Shown: positions 26,315-41,299 of the stretch, one piece after another
Layout: each line of letters opens with the position of its first letter
Position numbering within the stretch: position 1 is the first letter of the stretch
Source: Octopus vulgaris
Lineage: Eukaryota
Length of the DNA: 64,000 nucleotides
Assembly: GCA_951406725.2 (NCBI GenBank)
Contig: OX597820.1
Location: forward strand, 128,464,001-128,528,000
Reading direction: 5' to 3'
Program-made: the position numbers and the translations under genes
The notes under the pieces: generated by a model
The model's database searches: none
Seen by the model: the letters and a program-made list of their open reading frames with translations, nothing else
Told to the model about the DNA's origin: nothing

Positions 26315-28326
26315 AACATCATAAAACAAAAACAAATTTCATTACTAGGTATCTGAAAATATAATTTTTCTGATAAGATCATCTAAAGATAACTTCAGGT
26401 TGAGAGCCATTCATGTTATGAGTAGGTAGACTGATTCTGTCACTTGGTTTAACACACACCCAGTCCATTGGTACCATTAGCAGATTCCACCATTTTGGAC
26501 AATTAGGCCAGGTCATCAGATTGAGGATGGTGGAAGGAACTTATTCTATAAAAAATTAACTCTTACTCCTGTGACTAAGCCATAAAATAATTAAGTGAAT
26601 AAACATACTTAACAATTAATCTACTGTTGCATGCAAGTTGTATATTATGTATGATATGGATATGTGATTAAGAAGTTCAGTTCCCAACTGTACGGTTTCA
26701 ACCTCAGACCCACTGTGTGACACCTTGAGCAAGTGTCTTCTACCACTGTCCCAGGCTGATCAAAGCTCTGGACTGTAGAAGATGAAAACTGAAAGAAGGC
26801 CTTCACATATGTGTATTTGAGTTGGTTATATCGCCCGCCCTGTTTTAAAATCGTGCTATAGTTGTAAATGAGCATATCTGTCATAAAGTGATGCTGTTCC
26901 TTTCCAGTCTTCTGTAAAAAGAAAACATGCCTGACCATGGGAAATATCACTTTCCTTGGAAACAGCTGAGGGTTGGCAACGAGTATGGCATCCAGCTGTA
27001 GAAAAAAAAATTACCTCAACAAATTCCAGGCAAATATGGAAGAGTACATGTCAATATGAAAACACAAACGATGAACTCCATCGAGTTGAGATATATATGT
27101 CTGCATTCTTTTTCTTGCGGACATGTCACAAAAGTGTGTATTCCAGATGAAACTGTATTTTCTGACACCTAATTAGAATAACTTATAAATGAAGTAAAGA
27201 CTACATTAGCTTAGCTAATGTCATTTTAATCCTTTTAACAGGTAAAGAACAGAGGGTGTTTCAGTTTCATTGGACCTCCCCATTGAAGCATAGACATGTC
27301 TTTATACATTTATTAATGACTGATGACAATATTAAAAAAACAGAAGTATATATGATTCAGAAAAAATTTTATTTATATATATATATATAGGCATGGCTGT
27401 GTGGTAAGAACTTTGCAATGCAATCAAATGGTTCCAGGTTCAGTCTCATTGCATAGCACCATCATCATCTGCTATAGCGTTGGGCCTAACAAAGCCTTGT
27501 GAGTGGATTTGGCAAATGGAAACTAAAAAAAGCCCATGTATATATATAATAAATTGATCCAAGGATATCCATTTCCTCATTCTATGGCTGTCTGCCAAGA
27601 TGGTAATTTCTTTGCTCGAGCCCGATTTCTGTTCTACTTGTTATTTTTCCAGTGATTAGGGGTTTTCTTAGAGGATTTTTTGACCCTGATTTTCACAACA
27701 TTGCAGGCACAAAATGTGCACTATTATGATAATAAAATTTTGGATTTACCATTTATAGGCTTTTGCTAATTGACCACCTATATTATTGTTGCTATTATTC
27801 ATTTTACCAATGATAATAATTAATAATAATATCTATATAAATATTTTTGAATGTTTATTCATTAAATATATATAAATATATATATGTATCTGAGGCAATG
27901 CCAGGTCATTAGTGTCACTTGGGCTCATCACAGATTTCACATAAGACACCTGTATAAAAGAAGGTAAGAGACATAATGCACACCACATACTTCTATGTGC
28001 ACTGATAATTTAACAATAAGACAGAAATGTAGTTGAAAACATTGAATTTGAATTACTTTTAATTTTTACGATTATAGATAACAACTCAGGCTTTAACATC
28101 TGAGCCCAAGTCAGGAGCGTATGAACAATGTCAACAGAATGTCTGCTATGTATATCTTTTGACACAGGGCACCTCTAAGATGACCACCAGACACCGAATG
28201 AAAATAAATGAAATGCAACCAGGCTCAATAAAAGGAACCTGAGTTATTGGCTGTAATTACATACTTGAAGTCAGTCTTGGCGAGTGCCAGAGTCGCCACT
28301 GATATATATATATATACACATATATA

Positions 28327-29959
28327 CAGTTGCGGCCAAAATGTTCAGAACGGCATTGTTTTCGTCAGAAAAGTAGGTATAAGTTTTTATCAAAGTTGTT
28401 TTATATTCTATAATTTTCATAGACAATAAATGCGATATTACTTGTTATTGTCTGAGATTTTGGTGTAATTTGAGAGGACAATACAAAAGCTATGGATGAT
28501 GTAGTGATTTACTGCAAAACCCATGGCAGCCAAAATGACCAGAACAGTTGCTTTTACTCCGTGTTTTAGTATATTTAACCGGCGAACTCTAATGTTTTGA
28601 ATTTGTTTACGTGACGGTTCGTTTACTAAATATTAGTAAGAATATCTGCAGTGTACTTTGTTAATATAATGCCACTTACTCCGTTACCAATTCGTCAGCA
28701 GATTATTAAGCTTCGAAAGAAGGATAATTTAAGTATTGGGTCTATTGCAACGATTGTTAACAAGTCAAAAAGTGTTGTTCACGGTATTCTTAAGGTCTAC
28801 GATGATTGTAGTTCGTGTGAAGCAAGAAGGTCTACAGGTAGGCCAAGAAAACAACCAAGAGAGAAGATCGTGCTATGGTAAAATTGGTTAAAAAGGACAG
28901 ATTTAAAACTGCTGCTGCTGTTTCTCAGGAAATGAGCATTGTACTGAAGAAAACTTTATCTCGAAAAACTGTGTTTCGTCGTTTAGTTGAACATGGCCTA
29001 CAAGCAAGAGCACCTGCAAGTAAAGCCACTGATCAGGTCCAAGAATAAAAAGTGTCATCTTAACTTTGCAACCGAACATGTGTTGTGGTCTCAAGAAAAA
29101 TGGCAAACGGTGCATTTCAGTGATGAATCTAAGTTTATGTTATTTGGCTCAGATGGGAAAAGGTACGTTCGTCGAAAAGTAGGTGAAAAATTGTCGCCTA
29201 AATGCCTTAAGACTAGTGTTAAATTCGGTGAAGGAAGTGTCATGGTTTGGGGGATGATATCTGGAGATGGTGTGGGGCCCTTTGGTGCAATTACATGGAA
29301 TAGTAAATGCAGGAGTTTATAAACAACTTGTAAAAGATCATGCCTTGCCTGTGCTGAGAAATTCAACTAAACGACCACCCATATTCATGCAGGACAATGC
29401 CCCATGTCACATGGCTAAGGTGATCATGAACTTCCTCAAGGCTGAAAAGGTTATTGTTATGGATTGGCCTGCTCAAAGCCCAGATCTCAATCCTATTGAA
29501 AATGTGTGGAATATTCTAGGAGAACGTTCGAAAGCCAGAAATCCTAAAACAACCGAGGAATTATGGAATGCCCTTCAGGAAGAATGGAATAAGATCACCC
29601 AGCAAGAAATCGAAAATTTAATTTCTTCATGCAGTCGAAGATGTTCAAGTGTGATTGAAGCTAAAGGGCTTCACACTAAATATTAAATAATTCCAGTATT
29701 CTCAGTCCTTTTTGATTATTTTGTTATATTTTCAACCGTTCTGATCATTTTGGCCGCCATGGGTTTTGCAGTAAATCACTAAATCATCCATAAGTTTTGT
29801 ATTATCCTATCTAATTACACCAAAATCATCTCAGACAATAACAAATAATATCGTATTTATTGTCTGTGAAAATTATAGAATATAAAACAACTTTGATAAA
29901 AACTTATACCTACTTTTCTGATGAAAACAATGCCGTTCTGAACATTTTGGCCACAACTG
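28327..29959 (+). mobile_element. Tc1-family DNA transposon, 1633 bp, long IR-DR-type TIRs, TA TSD
   Basis: TA|CAGTTGCGGCCAAAATGTTCAGAACGG ... CCGTTCTGAACATTTTGGCCACAACTG|TA. TIRs are ~220 bp with an internal direct repeat (gccaaaatgaccagaac). Confidence 0.93.
28669..29686 (+). pseudogene. Tc1 transposase (DD34E), frameshifted
   Basis: GRPRK, FSDESKF, VMVWG, FMQDNAPCH and SPDLNPIENVW, with 34 residues between D and E. Split over ORFs 28651-28881, 28987-29322 and 29267-29686. Confidence 0.9.
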
Positions 29960-29965
29960 TATATA

Positions 29966-30766
29966 CAGGGTGCTGTGAATAGATTGTCACCTAAATAACG
30001 CAAAAATGAAAATAACACTGACATTTCATTCGTTTACTAAAATTACATAAAAATATCTTGAAATACTAAAGAGTAGATTTATTCAATAAAATTGCCATTG
30101 GCATCAACCACGACCTCCAGACAACTTCAGAATCTCCAGCAACTCTTCTGGACAGTCTCCTTGTTTAAGTTGGTGAATGCTGCCATAATCCTTGCTGCCT
30201 TGTTGATCTCTCACTAAACTGCTCCCCACACATAATAATCAGGTGCAGTCTGGAGAGTTAGGTGGCCAGATGTTAGGGGTGATGTGGTTGCAGAAATTGT
30301 CTGACAGCCATAACTGGATTCTCCTGCTTGTGTGGCATGGTTCAGAGTCCTGTTGCCAGACATAGGGTATTCCAGCAGCCAGCCTCTTGATCCAGGGCAG
30401 CACTACCTCCTCCAGGCACTTGATGTAGTCCCCTATGTTGAATCTGAGGTTGTGTGGGAAGATGGAGACATAACGTCACCACCACTAGTGATCACTCCAA
30501 ACAACATGATGTTGACTGGACGTTTGATTTTTATCACTCTTGGTACATGTCCTCAGAATGACACCTAAACACTCTGAAATGTTCATATTGGAGCTTCTGG
30601 CACAAATTCCAAACAGCACAGCGTGTCATTTCCAAGTTTCTAGCAAAGTGAATTGAGTCATGGTGTTTTTCTCACGGACAGTGCCCCTACTGTGTAGTCG
30701 ACAAAATCAAAAACAATGCACAAAATTAAAAATATAAAATGGCGACAATTTACACGTCACACCCTG
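29966..30766 (-). mobile_element. Internally deleted Tc1/mariner-superfamily element
   Basis: TA|CAGGGTG ... CACCCTG|TA ends. Minus-strand remnant QQDSEPCHTSRRIQLWLSDNF...WPPNSPDC. Confidence 0.75.
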
Positions 30767-31993
30767 TATATGTGTGTGTGAGTGTGTGTCCCGCCACCGT
30801 TTTATAACCGGTGTTGATGTGTTTATGTTCCTGTAACTTAGCGGTTCGACAAAAGATATCGATAGAATAAGTATCAGGCTTTAAAAAAAAAGTACTGGAG
30901 TCGATTCATTCACTAAAAATTCTTCAGGGCAGTGTCCTAGCATGACTACAGTCTAATGAAAGAAACGAGTAAAAAATTTCTAAATAGTAACTATTGTTAG
31001 ATGCTTAATTTCTTCAATTTCTTTGAAATGCAATTTTGCTATTTTGGATTCTTCACAAGACATAAGTGCAGGCATGGCTGTGTGGCTAAGAAACTCTCAT
31101 TGCAATCACATGGTTTCGAGCTCAGTATCACTGCACAGCACTTTGGACAAGCATTTTCAACTATAGCCTTGGATAGACCACCGCCCTGTGAGTGAATCTG
31201 GTGGACTAAAACTGTATGTAAACCAGTCATATATGTGTTTGTTTTCCCACAAAGCCGCTTGACAACTGTGTTGGTTTATTTATGTCCCCGTAACTTGACT
31301 GGTCGTCGAAAAGAGACCTATAGAATCAGTACTAGATTATTAAAAAAAACGATGTACTGGGTCGATTTGTTCGACTAAACTCTTCAAAGAAGTACCCCAG
31401 CACAGCCGCAGTCCAATGAGTGAAACGAGTAAAATATAAGAAAAAAAAAACTGACACTTCAAGTTGAAAAGTCCGGTTAATTTCTCGTGTTATGTAGCTG
31501 TTGTCAACCGAAGCTAAGTGTATATTTCTTTATTAGCTAACATGTCGCTGGTGGAAAGATCCTCCACAAGTGCTTATTATTGTTTCGACTACAGTAAATA
31601 TAATTTTAAATTTGGTAATAAACGAAAAATTCAGTAGCAACTCTATCAGTAATTTCTGAGAGCGAGAGGCATATTAAAAGCCAAAATGGAGTAAATAAAT
31701 AAACCCGCGAGAAAATAGGTTGTCTCAAGTCCCCTGGAGGGCGGGGCCGTGAGGACGGAAAAGCGTGTGAACAAATCGTCATGTTTAATAAAATTGTTAT
31801 TTCTACTGTGCGTTTTGCGTTTTGAATCTGTCCAACAACATAGCGAAGTAAATAAATTTTATTGTTTGAAACACTATTCTGTCTTAGCTAATAAATAAAA
31901 AAGGGATTTCACAAATATTTTGAAGGAGTCTGGTAAGCGTCTGTTGGAAGATAGCAAAGATAAAAGAAAACCACAGATTATATTTATCCATAC

Positions 31994-32690
31994 CTGGTAA
32001 AATCCATCGGATAATTGCAGCTTCGAAAGCATCTTTATTTTGATGCTCAATAGGCACCAGAAAACATTTGTCAGTTCCACGTTCGATTCCACCAAAAACA
32101 CAGAATCTTTTCATATGCTTCTTTTCATTGGGTGTAGGTTTGAAATGTGTGGTCACATCTATCTCAACAACTTTTGGTTCACCTGACTGTAAATCGAACC
32201 CGCCAATCTCGGGTGGGTAGGCACCTAATTCAGTCGGGTGGTCTTCCAGGAACCGTTCTAGTAGTTCTCGGATGAGACAAAACAGGTCAATTGTTGATTT
32301 CTTACTTACGGTACTCTCATGGGCAATCTCAGAATGGAAATATTCCCTTGACCACATATACATAAGCCATATGAATGTTGTCAGCGACAGGCGGCTATTC
32401 TCGAAAAAGGATCCTTTGCGGATTGATCTACAGTAGTTATGCTTTGGGCATCTCCATCGTTTTCCATCTATACCCTTCTGGTAACCGTTGACTGTACACG
32501 GGTTCCCGCAAGTGGGACACACAACAGAATTGCTTATAAGTTCATATTTCGCCAGCCATGTAATTGCTTTTTCATTCGTAGAAGTTTGTTGAAAGAGATC
32601 ACAAAATGTCCATGTCTCTTGCTTAATTTTTTCGTCATCAATAATGTCTGAGCTTATTATTTTGGGGCTTGGTTGTCTTCGGCGTGACAT
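31994..32690 (-). CDS. Gene B exon 1: Merlin/IS1595-like transposase-derived protein
   Basis: ATG at 32690 (MSRRRQPSPK); CPTC...WRCPKH, SIRKGSFFE, VVEIDV, VFGGIERGT and WILPG. Donor CCA G|gtatgg. 697 nt, phase 1. Spliced product 327 aa. Confidence 0.88.
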
Positions 32691-32990
32691 TATGTGAGGA
32701 ATTAACAAAAAGAAAATCAAAACAAAAACAAAGGCTTTATACGAAACTAATACTTTAAAAAGTGTTACTTTCGTATAAATTGTTTTCTGTTTAGAAGGAA
32801 ATATTTCTTTTCTTTACTTCTTTGAATCGAAATCCATTTCTTCTTTTTTTTTTTTTTACATTTTTTTGTTGTTGAAAATAACTATTACAAGTTTCCTTTC
32901 TATAAATACAGAATGTATCTTTTCACGGCGATGTTTCCTACAACCGAAACTATGCCCCTTTTCACTATAGAAATGGAAAAGAAATTTGAT

Positions 32991-33097
32991 ACTACTAGCG
33001 AAGACTGAACCCGATGCGCGCCCACGCGCAGTCGCGTGTCCGCGCTAGCTAGTCGTAAGTAGTCGATCCTAGGACTTGCGCGTATGCAAATGAGTTG
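32991..33097 (-). promoter_or_regulatory. CpG-rich putative core promoter of gene B (octamer plus Inr-like TCAGTC)
   Basis: On the minus strand: ATTTGCAT...CG-rich...TTCAGTCTTCGCTAGTAG, ~300 bp upstream of the gene B ATG. An inverted copy lies at 42825-42916. Confidence 0.5.
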
Positions 33098-33328
33098 TGT
33101 TGTAGGTTGGAAGACAATCAATGGGTCTAATTAATGATCAAGACAAGGGGTGGGGGTTAGTGTAAATAAACAAACAAAACCCTTCATGGAATGCTATAAT
33201 ATGCTCTCCTCTCTCGCTCAGACATTCTTACACACGTGTAATGAACTGTTACCGAAATATCTCCATCAATCCATATCAACTTTCCATTGCTTATCATTTT
33301 AAGGATATTTTGTTTCTTCTCTCATTCT

Positions 33329-33959
<631 letters not shown>

Positions 33960-33962
33960 TAT

Positions 33963-36559
33963 ACTAGCAGTATCGCCCGGCGTTGCTCGGGTTTGTTTCG
34001 ACCCGCTGGAATTGTAATTTTGAAAAGTAAAAATTTTGTGAACATTTTTCTGGTCGAAATACACCGAAAAGTGGCGACACAGCAGTGAAAAAATCGTAAA
34101 AAATAGGGATTTTCATAGAAAAAAGCATCTTTTTGATGTAAATAATTTTTGGTGTTAACATGGTCCGATTTGAATTTTATGTTCTACGGAAGGAAGAGCA
34201 ACCCTTCTTCTACCATACTCTCAATTTTGGTCAACTTGCGCCGCAGGGTCTCGGAGGAGATAGTGTTAGTTGAAGGTTACCATTCTAGGTGCCTGAGTAA
34301 CAACCTCGCGGATTTACAGATAAATGAATTAATTACTATTTTACAGAATAAAATTAAATAATTCTTGAAAATTAATTAATATTAATATTTTTTGAACAAA
34401 GTAAATAATTTTTAAGACTTAAATAATAATGTTTTTACACAAACGCGAACGGGGAAAAGGGGGTGGCGAATTCGATTTACATACCTAAATTTTTTTTTTC
34501 ATGACATTGTAGCAAAATAGTAGTGAATTATATAAATACCAGCAGTACATTTTTTTTTCTGGGGTATTTTTTTTCAACCTCGTCACATATTTGCCCCTTT
34601 CAATTTAAACAAAGTCTTAATTAAGCAATTACGGCAGCTTAGCAATGGTTTCAATACAGGCGTGACATCTGTATCTCAATTGTTCAAAACCCTTCGAATT
34701 TTTTCGCACGTGATGATATCATAGTGAAAACTTTCAATTACGCGCGCTTATTTCTGTCTTTCACTCTGTCTGTCTCTTTACACACACTAACAAAAGCACT
34801 TCACTTACACACCTCACTTTCTGTGTCGCACAACCCATCAAACACACACACACACTCACGCACGCACACATGTACATCAATGCTTTCGGAGTGAAATGTT
34901 AAAATATTGAGTTTTCTCGAATTTTGTCTTAATTGGTGGTAAAATTGAAAGAAATTTTTTATGGCATCACCCACTGATGTACTCTGAAAAATCATGGGTA
35001 CACTCTAATTGAAGAAATTGTGTGAGGAGTAAATCGTTATGTATTTATTTGTTTCTGTTTGCTGTGTTTTTTTATTTTTTGAGTAGTGGTTTAAATACTT
35101 TCAGTTTAGTCTTCCTCAAATCACTCTGTCGCTATTTACTTTCATTTTATTCGTTGCACACTGTGTGTGTGCGTGTGCGTGTGGTGTAAACCATATTTAG
35201 AAAAGCATTTGACACACACACCAGAATGTGAGTTTTCTGTAAATTTTGCTTAATTGGAGTTTAAACTTTAAAAACTGGACCTGGCATGACCCGATGCATT
35301 CTACTCTTAAAAATGCTAGGTAAATTGTAATTGAAGAAATCCTATATTGTAGATTTCTATAACTCCCAAAGGGAGGCAGATAAAATCTGCCTTTTATAAT
35401 AAGAGATAAAGATATATATACATACATATATATATATACTAGCAGTATCGCCCGGCGTTGCTCGGGTTTGTAAGGGAAATAACTATATAAGCATTTTTAG
35501 AGAGTTATAGCCAAAAAATAGCAAAAAATGCATTAAAAATGGAAAAAATATGATGGTAAATTTTTTGAAAAATCGTTGACTCATCGTAGACATTTTTAGA
35601 GAGTTACTTCCCTTATATAATAGCGAAAAAATGCATTAAAATGGAAAAAAAACGATGGTAAATTTTTTTTTAAATCGTAGACTCATGTAGACGCTTTCTT
35701 AGCCATTTCTGTTTTGGTGTCTTCAAGCCATGAAGTCGTTGTTCTAAAAGAACGCTGGTCTCCTTGACAACGCATTACGACGTTGATTTCCTTACACTCC
35801 TTTCCCCGCAGGTGTGAGCGTGGACGCCAACTCCGCCGCCATCGACACACGAAAAATTATGCATTAAAATGGAATAAAAAATGATGTTAAATTATTTTTA
35901 AAATCGTAGACTCATCGTAGACGCGCGCTAATACTCAGACGGGCTCGATATGAATCACGACTATAAGCTACCCGAATTTGGTTAAACTGCACCGCAAAAT
36001 GTGGGAGTAGTTAGGAATCTAAATCGAAGGGGACAGACACTCACACAACTACAGTTTTATATATATAGATATACATAGCGCAGTAGTGGTGAGATGTGAC
36101 AGCAAAGAAAAGCATACATTCACTCTCTGCATGCAATTAGACTCGGAAAGTTCGTGAGGAACCCATTGACCCAATTTGCTGGCTTTTCCGATAGCACACA
36201 GGTCTCAATGAATGGTTGAATGACCAAATCCAAGCTTCTCTGCTAGTTCCTCAACAGTTACGATGAGATTTTGTTCCACCAGGGTTTTCAGGATGTCCTT
36301 GTCGAGTTCTACAGATCTTTCAGGATGAGGCTCGTCTTCTAGGCTGTTCCAATATAGCTTTGAAAAAAATAGCTGTTAAAATCGAAATGCACTCTTCAAA
36401 ACTTGCACTATGAATAAGGACAAGATAAAATTACTACCTGCTTTTATAGCAAGTTAATATAAAGTAGTTTATCCCATTCCCCTCTGACTTTTAGTTCAAG
36501 CTGTTGAAAAAACCGCATTATTATATATATATACATACATACATACATACATACATACA

Positions 36560-36591
<32 letters not shown>

Positions 36592-36813
36592 CACACACAC
36601 TCTCTCTCTCACACACATGCACACATTTATATTCTGTTATTCTTTTATATGTTTCAGCCTTGAGGTTGTGGCCATGCTGGATCATGTGTGTGTGTGTGTG
36701 TGTGTCTATCTATCTGTCTGTCTGTATGTATATATGTATATGTATGTGTGTGAACAATAATATTTTCAACAGATGTGTTGCAAATGTATCTGATTGTTCT
36801 CAAGCTTCAATAC

Positions 36814-36850
<37 letters not shown>

Positions 36851-38744
36851 ATGTATGTATGTATATCTATGTATGTATGTATGTGTGTATGTATGTATAT
36901 GTGTGTGTATGTATGTATGTGTCTGTGTGTGTGTGTATGTATGTATGTATGTATGTATGTATGTATGTATGTATGAGTGTATGTTTACTTTATTACTAAC
37001 ACAAGCCACTACGGTTATTTAATGTAAAGTCTTCCTCAAATCACTATCTCTGGCTATTTACTCTCTTCCAAGAACATTTTCACTCACACTTATGTGTTAG
37101 CTTCCCATACATTTTACTCATGTATCTATCAGCGTGATAGAGAGAAACAAATATTACATCTAGTTTCACTTTATTCGTTGCCCACTGTGTGTGTGCGTTT
37201 GCGTGTGGTGTAAACCAGACTAAGAAAAGCATTTGACACACACACCAGAATGTGAGTTTTCTGTAAATTTTGCTTAATTGGAGTTTAAATTTTAAAAACT
37301 GGACCTGGCATGACGCGATGCATTGTACTCTTAAAAATGCTAGGTAAATTGTAATTGAAGAAATCCTATATTGTAGATTTCTATAACTCCCAAAGGGAGG
37401 CAGATAAAATCTGCCTTTTATAATAAGACTAGCAGTATCGCCCGGCGTTGCTCGGATTTGTAAGGGAAATAACTATGTAAGCATTTTTAGAGAGTTATAG
37501 CCAAAAAATAGCAAAAAATGCATTAAAAATGGAAAAAATATGATGGTAAATTTTTTGAAAAATCGTTGACTCATCGTAGACATTTTTAGAGAGTTACTTC
37601 CCTTATATAATAGCGAAAAAATGCATTAAAATGGAAAAAAAACGATGGTAAATTTTTTTTAAATCGTAGACTCATGTAGACGCTTTCTTAGCCATTTCTG
37701 TTTTGGTGTCTTCAAGCCATGAAGTCGTTGTTCTAAAAGAACGCTGGTCTCCTTGACAACGCATTACGACGTTGATTTCCTTACACTCCCTTCCCCACAG
37801 GTGCAGGTGTGAGCGTGGACGCCAACTCCGCCGCCATCGACACACGAAAAATTATGCATTAAAATGGAATAAAAAATGATGTTAAATTATTTTTAAAATC
37901 GTAGACTCATCGTAGACGCGCGCTAATACTCAGACGGGCTCGATATGAATCACGACTATAAGCTACCCGAATTTGGTTAAACTGCACCGCAAAATGTGGG
38001 AGTAGTTAGGAATCTAAATCGAAGGGGACAGACACTCACACAACTACAGTTTTATATATATAGATATACATAGCGCAGTAGTGGTGAGATGTGACAGCAA
38101 AGAAAAGCATACATTCACTCTCTGCATGCAATTAGACTCGGAAAGTTCGTGAGGAACCCATTGACCCAATTTGCTGGCTTTTCCGATAGCACACAGGTCT
38201 CAATGAATGGTTGAATGACCAAATCCAAGCTTCTCTGCTAGTTCCTCAACAGTTACGTTGAGATTTTGTTCCACCAGGGTTTTCAGGATATCCTTGTCGA
38301 GTTCTACAGATCTTTCAGGATGAGGCTCGTCTTCTAGGCTGTAGTTTATGGCTCGGGATTTCTGGAACCACCATTGACACTGCCTTACGCTTATTGTCCA
38401 ATCCCCATATACTGCATTAATATTTCTTGTACTTTGCACACATTTATATTCTGTTATTCTTTTATATGTTTCAGCCTTGAGGTTGTGGCCATGCTGGATC
38501 ATGTGTGTGTGTGTGTGTGTGTGTCTATCTGTCTGTCTGTCTGTATGTATATATGTATATGTATGTGTGTGAACAATAATATTTTCAACAGATGTGTTGC
38601 AAATGTATCTGATTGTTCTCAAGCTTCAATACTGTGTGTGTGTGTATGTGTGTGTGTGTGTATGTATGCATGTATGTATGTATATGTATGTATGTATGTA
38701 TGTGTGTATGTATGTATGTGTGTGTGTATGTATGTATGTGTGTA

Positions 38745-38777
<33 letters not shown>

Positions 38778-39297
38778 ATGTATGTATGTATGTATGTATG
38801 TATATATGTATGAGTGTATGTTTACTTTATTACTAACACAAGCCACTACGGTTATTTAATGTAAAGTCTTCTTCAAATCACTCTCTCTCTCGCTATTTAC
38901 TCTCTTCCAAGAACATTTTCACTCACTCTTAGCTCTTAGCTTCCCATACATTTTACTCATGTATCTATCAGCGTCATAGGCAGAATACTTTCAGTTTAGT
39001 CTTCCTCAAATCACTCTGTCGCTATTTACTTTCATTTTATTCGTTGCACACTGTGTGTGTGCGTTTGCGTGTGGTGTAAACCAGACTAAGAAAAGCATTT
39101 GACACACACACCAGAATGTGAGTTTTCTGTAAATTTTGCTTAATTGGAGTTAAAATTTTAAAAACTGGACCTGGCATGACGCGATGCATTGTACTCTTAA
39201 AAATGCTAGGTAAATTGTAATTGAAGAAATCCTATATTGTAGATTTGTATAACTCCCAAAGGGAGCAGATAAAATCTGCCTTTTATTTTATAATAAG

Positions 39298-39328
<31 letters not shown>

Positions 39329-39329
39329 C

Positions 39330-39373
<44 letters not shown>

Positions 39374-39393
39374 CATACATACATACATACATA

Positions 39394-39455
<62 letters not shown>

Positions 39456-41266
39456 CATATATATATACTAGCAGTATCGCCCGGCGTTGCTCGGGTTTGT
39501 AAGGGAAATAACTATATAAGCATTTTTTAGAGAGTTATAGCCAAAAAATAGCAAAAAATGCATTAAAAATGGAAAAAATATGATGGTAAATTTTTTTTTA
39601 AATCGTTGACTCATCGTAGACATTTTTAGAGAGTTACTTCCCTTATATAATAGCGAAAAATGCATTAAAATGGAAAAAAAACGATGGTAAATTTTTTTTT
39701 AAATCGTAGACTCATGTAGACGCTTTCTTAGCCATTTCTGTTTTGGTGTCTTCAAGCCATGAAGTCGTTGTTCTAAAAGAACACTGGTCTCCTTGACAAC
39801 GCATTACGACGTTGATTTCCTTACACTCCCTTCCCCACAGGTGCAGGTGTGAGCGTGGACGCCAACTCCGCCGCCATCGACACACGAAAAATTATGCATT
39901 AAAATGGAATAAAAAATGATGTTAAATTATTTTTAAAATCGTAGACTCATCGTAGACGCGCGCTAATATTCAGACGGGCTCGATATGAATCACGACTATA
40001 AGGTACCCGAATTTGGTTAACCTGTACCGCAAAATGTGGGAGTAGTTAGGAATCTAAATCGAAGGGGACAGACACTCACACAACTACAGTTTTATATATA
40101 TAGATATACATAGCGCAGTAGTGGTGAGATATGACAGCAAAGAAAAGCATACATTCACTCTCTGCATGCAATTAGACTCGGAAAGTTCGTGAGGAACCCG
40201 TTGACCCAATTTGCTGACTTTTCCGATAGCACACAGGTGTCAATGAATGGTTGAATGACCAAATCCAAGCTTCTCTGCTAGTTCCTCAACAGTTACGATG
40301 ATATTTTGTTCCACCAGGGTTTTCAGGATGTCCTTGTCGAGTTCTACAGATCTTTCAGGATGAGGCTCGTCTTCTAGGCTGTAGTTTATGGCTCGGGATT
40401 TCTGGAACCACCATTGACACTGCCTTACGCTTATTGTCCAATCCCCATATACTGCATTAATATTTCTTGTACTTTGCACACATTTATATTCTGTTATTCT
40501 TTTATATGTTTCAGCCTTGAGGTTGTGGCCATGCTGGATCATGTGTGTGTGTGTGTGTGTCTATCTGTCTGTCTGTCTGTATGTATATATGTATATGTAT
40601 GTGTGTGAACAATAATATTTTCAACAGATGTGTTGCAAATGTATCTGATTGTTCTCAAGCTTCAATACTGTGTGTGTGTGTATGTGTGTGTGTGTATGTA
40701 TGTATGTATATGTATGTATGTATGTATATGTATGTATGTATGTGTGTATGTATGTATGTGTGTGTGTATGTGTGTGTGTATGTATGTATGTATGTATGTA
40801 TGTATGTATGTATGTATGTATGTATGTATGTATGTATGTATGAGTGTATGTTTACTTTATTACTAATTACTCTCTTCCAAGAACATTTTCACTCACTCTT
40901 AGCTTCCCATACATTTTACTCATGTATCTATCAGCGTCATAGACAGAATACTTTCACTTTAGTCTTCCTCAAATCACTCTGTCGCTATTTACTTTCATTT
41001 TATTCGTTGCCCACTGTGTGTGTGCGTTTGCGTGTGGTGTAAACCAGACTAAGAAAAGCATTTGACACACACACCAGAATGTGAGTTTTCTGTAAATTTT
41101 GCTTAATTGGAGTTTAAATTTTAAAAACTGGAGCTGGCATGACGCGATGCATTGTACTCTTAAAACTGCTAGGTAAATTGTAATTGAAGAAATCCTATAT
41201 TGTAGATTTGTATAACTCCCAAAGGGAGGCAGATAAAATCTGCCTTTTATAATAAGAGATATATAT

Positions 41267-41299
<33 letters not shown>

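Noticed and set aside
31700-31770. GC box (GGGCGGGG) CpG patch in the gene B intron, and CGGAAGT in the gene A intron near 18528
   Set aside because: Single short motifs with no supporting conservation between paralogues; not enough to call a promoter.
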